Part shown: positions 63,025 to 64,000 of the stretch, piece by piece
Numbering within the stretch: the first letter of the stretch is position 1
How the letters are laid out: every line of letters starts with the position of its first letter
Origin: a gamma proteobacterium HTCC2207
Lineage (GTDB): Bacteria; Pseudomonadota; Gammaproteobacteria; Pseudomonadales; Porticoccaceae
Reading direction: 5' to 3'
DNA: 64,000 nt
Assembly (NCBI GenBank): GCA_905182855.1
Contig: CAJJDA010000009.1
Coordinates: 189,309 to 253,308 of the forward strand
The notes under the pieces: model-generated
Databases searched by the model: none
Told to the model about the DNA's origin: nothing
The model's input: the letters and a program-made list of their open reading frames with translations, nothing else
Made by a program: the position numbers and the translations under genes

Positions 63025-63807
63025 TTATATAGCGTTCCAGCCCCCATCAACTTCAAGCAGACTTCCAGTGCTAAAAGACGATAGATCAGATGCGAGAAAC
63101 ATTGCGCCATTGGCAACTTCTTCAGGGGTACCAAGGCGGTTCATAGCATGCTTTTTTGCTAACACCGATAGGTCATCAACTAGGCTGACTACCAAAGGCG
63201 TCGCGACATTACCCGGGCAGATCGCGTTAATGCGAATGTCGCGATTAGCATATTCTACCGCTACCGTGCGGGTCAAACCTGCCACGGCAAATTTACTAGT
63301 GACGTAGGGCGAGGCATTGGGATACGTATTGCGGCTGGTGGCAGAGGCCATATTGACAATGCGTCCACGGCCCTGTTTGAGCATTTGACGAATCTCAGCC
63401 TGCATGCAAAGCCAGACCCCTTTTAAGTTAACCGCCATTACACGATCAAATTCAGCCTCACTAACCTCATGAAATTCCTGCAATGGTGTCGCTATGCCGG
63501 CATTGTTAACCGCGATATCAAGACGACCAAAACGCCTCACAATTGCCTCAAGCATTGCATTAACATCAGAAGAATGAGTGACATCATTAAGCAATCCTAG
63601 GACTTCAGTACCGGAGTTCTCTAACTCTTGGACCACTTTATCTAAGCCTTCTCGAGAGATATCAGTGACCACCAGTTTGGCCCCCGCATTGGCGAAGGCC
63701 ACCGCACAGGAATAGCCTAAGCCCGCACCTGCACCTGTTACAAGGACCACCTGGTCTGTGAAGTCAATTGCCATAGTCGGATTGATCGTCTTTTTAGTAT
63801 AAGTCAT
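63025..63807 (-). CDS. Short-chain dehydrogenase/reductase
   Basis: Motifs TGAGAGLG, NNAG, YVTSK. Confidence 0.9.
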   Translation of the reverse strand: MTYTKKTINPTMAIDFTDQVVLVTGAGAGLGYSCAVAFANAGAKLVVTDISREGLDKVVQELENSGTEVLGLLNDVTHSSDVNAMLEAIVRRFGRLDIAVNNAGIATPLQEFHEVSEAEFDRVMAVNLKGVWLCMQAEIRQMLKQGRGRIVNMASATSRNTYPNASPYVTSKFAVAGLTRTVAVEYANRDIRINAICPGNVATPLVVSLVDDLSVLAKKHAMNRLGTPEEVANGAMFLASDLSSFSTGSLLEVDGGWNAI

Positions 63808-63945
63808 TTACAGCCTAGGGCCCTTACGCGCAAAGCCATTGATTAAAAGTAGTAGGCCAAGTTACCGCCATCCACCCTATAGATACCACCTTATGATGGA
63901 GTTTCATCTTCCGCCCTTTCACTGTTAGTATTTTCCTTTAGAGCA

Positions 63946-64000
63946 TTAAGCGGCGGGAATTTCACCGGCAGCCACCATGGCATCAAACAGCTCGGTGCCC
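63946..64000 (-). CDS. Probable 3' end of an upstream gene running off the window (...GTELFDAMVAAGEIPAA*)
   Basis: Open frame from the window edge with coding-like codons, ending TAA at 63946-63948. Confidence 0.4.
   Translation of the reverse strand, partial: GTELFDAMVAAGEIPAA

Noticed and set aside
33322-63807. Island as a secondary-metabolite biosynthetic cluster (SnoaL/ABM/cyclase genes)
   Set aside because: There is no PKS, NRPS, terpene synthase or exporter. The importer, CoA ligase, ACADs and dehydrogenase complex point to catabolism.

Overview
The window comes from a gammaproteobacterial chromosome. Gene content and style suggest a marine Cellvibrionales/Porticoccaceae-like organism, but that is inference. 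Bases 1-27,050 are core housekeeping genes: trpS, an M18 aminopeptidase, uppP, tsaB, a K/A-rich histone-H1-like gene, adk, mazG, cysM, acpS, recO-era-rnc, lepB-lepA, the rpoE-rseABC-mucD locus, nadB, sdhE, ygfZ, ung, a MATE transporter, ctaA and a cytochrome c. From 27,485 to the end (at least 36 kb) is a dense catabolic island. It encodes a CYP101B-like P450, two ferredoxins, three Rieske oxygenase alpha subunits, four ene-reductases, six SDRs and an acetoin-dehydrogenase-like complex whose E2 has three subunit-binding domains. It also encodes a non-canonical thiolase with a DUF35 partner, an acyl-CoA ligase, a heteromeric acyl-CoA dehydrogenase pair, SnoaL/ABM/SRPBCC proteins, a heme-c/beta-propeller lipoprotein and a TonB-dependent receptor. 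Six intergenic regions of the island share a previously unannotated 20-bp palindrome (AACAAWCA-N4-TGWTTGTT), which points to one regulon whose regulator is not in the window. The best working hypothesis is uptake and breakdown of cyclic terpenoids or norisoprenoids (carotenoid cleavage products). About ten genes, some essential, are broken by single-base frameshifts or stops, most likely long-read assembly errors. No rRNA, tRNA, CRISPR array or mobile element was seen.
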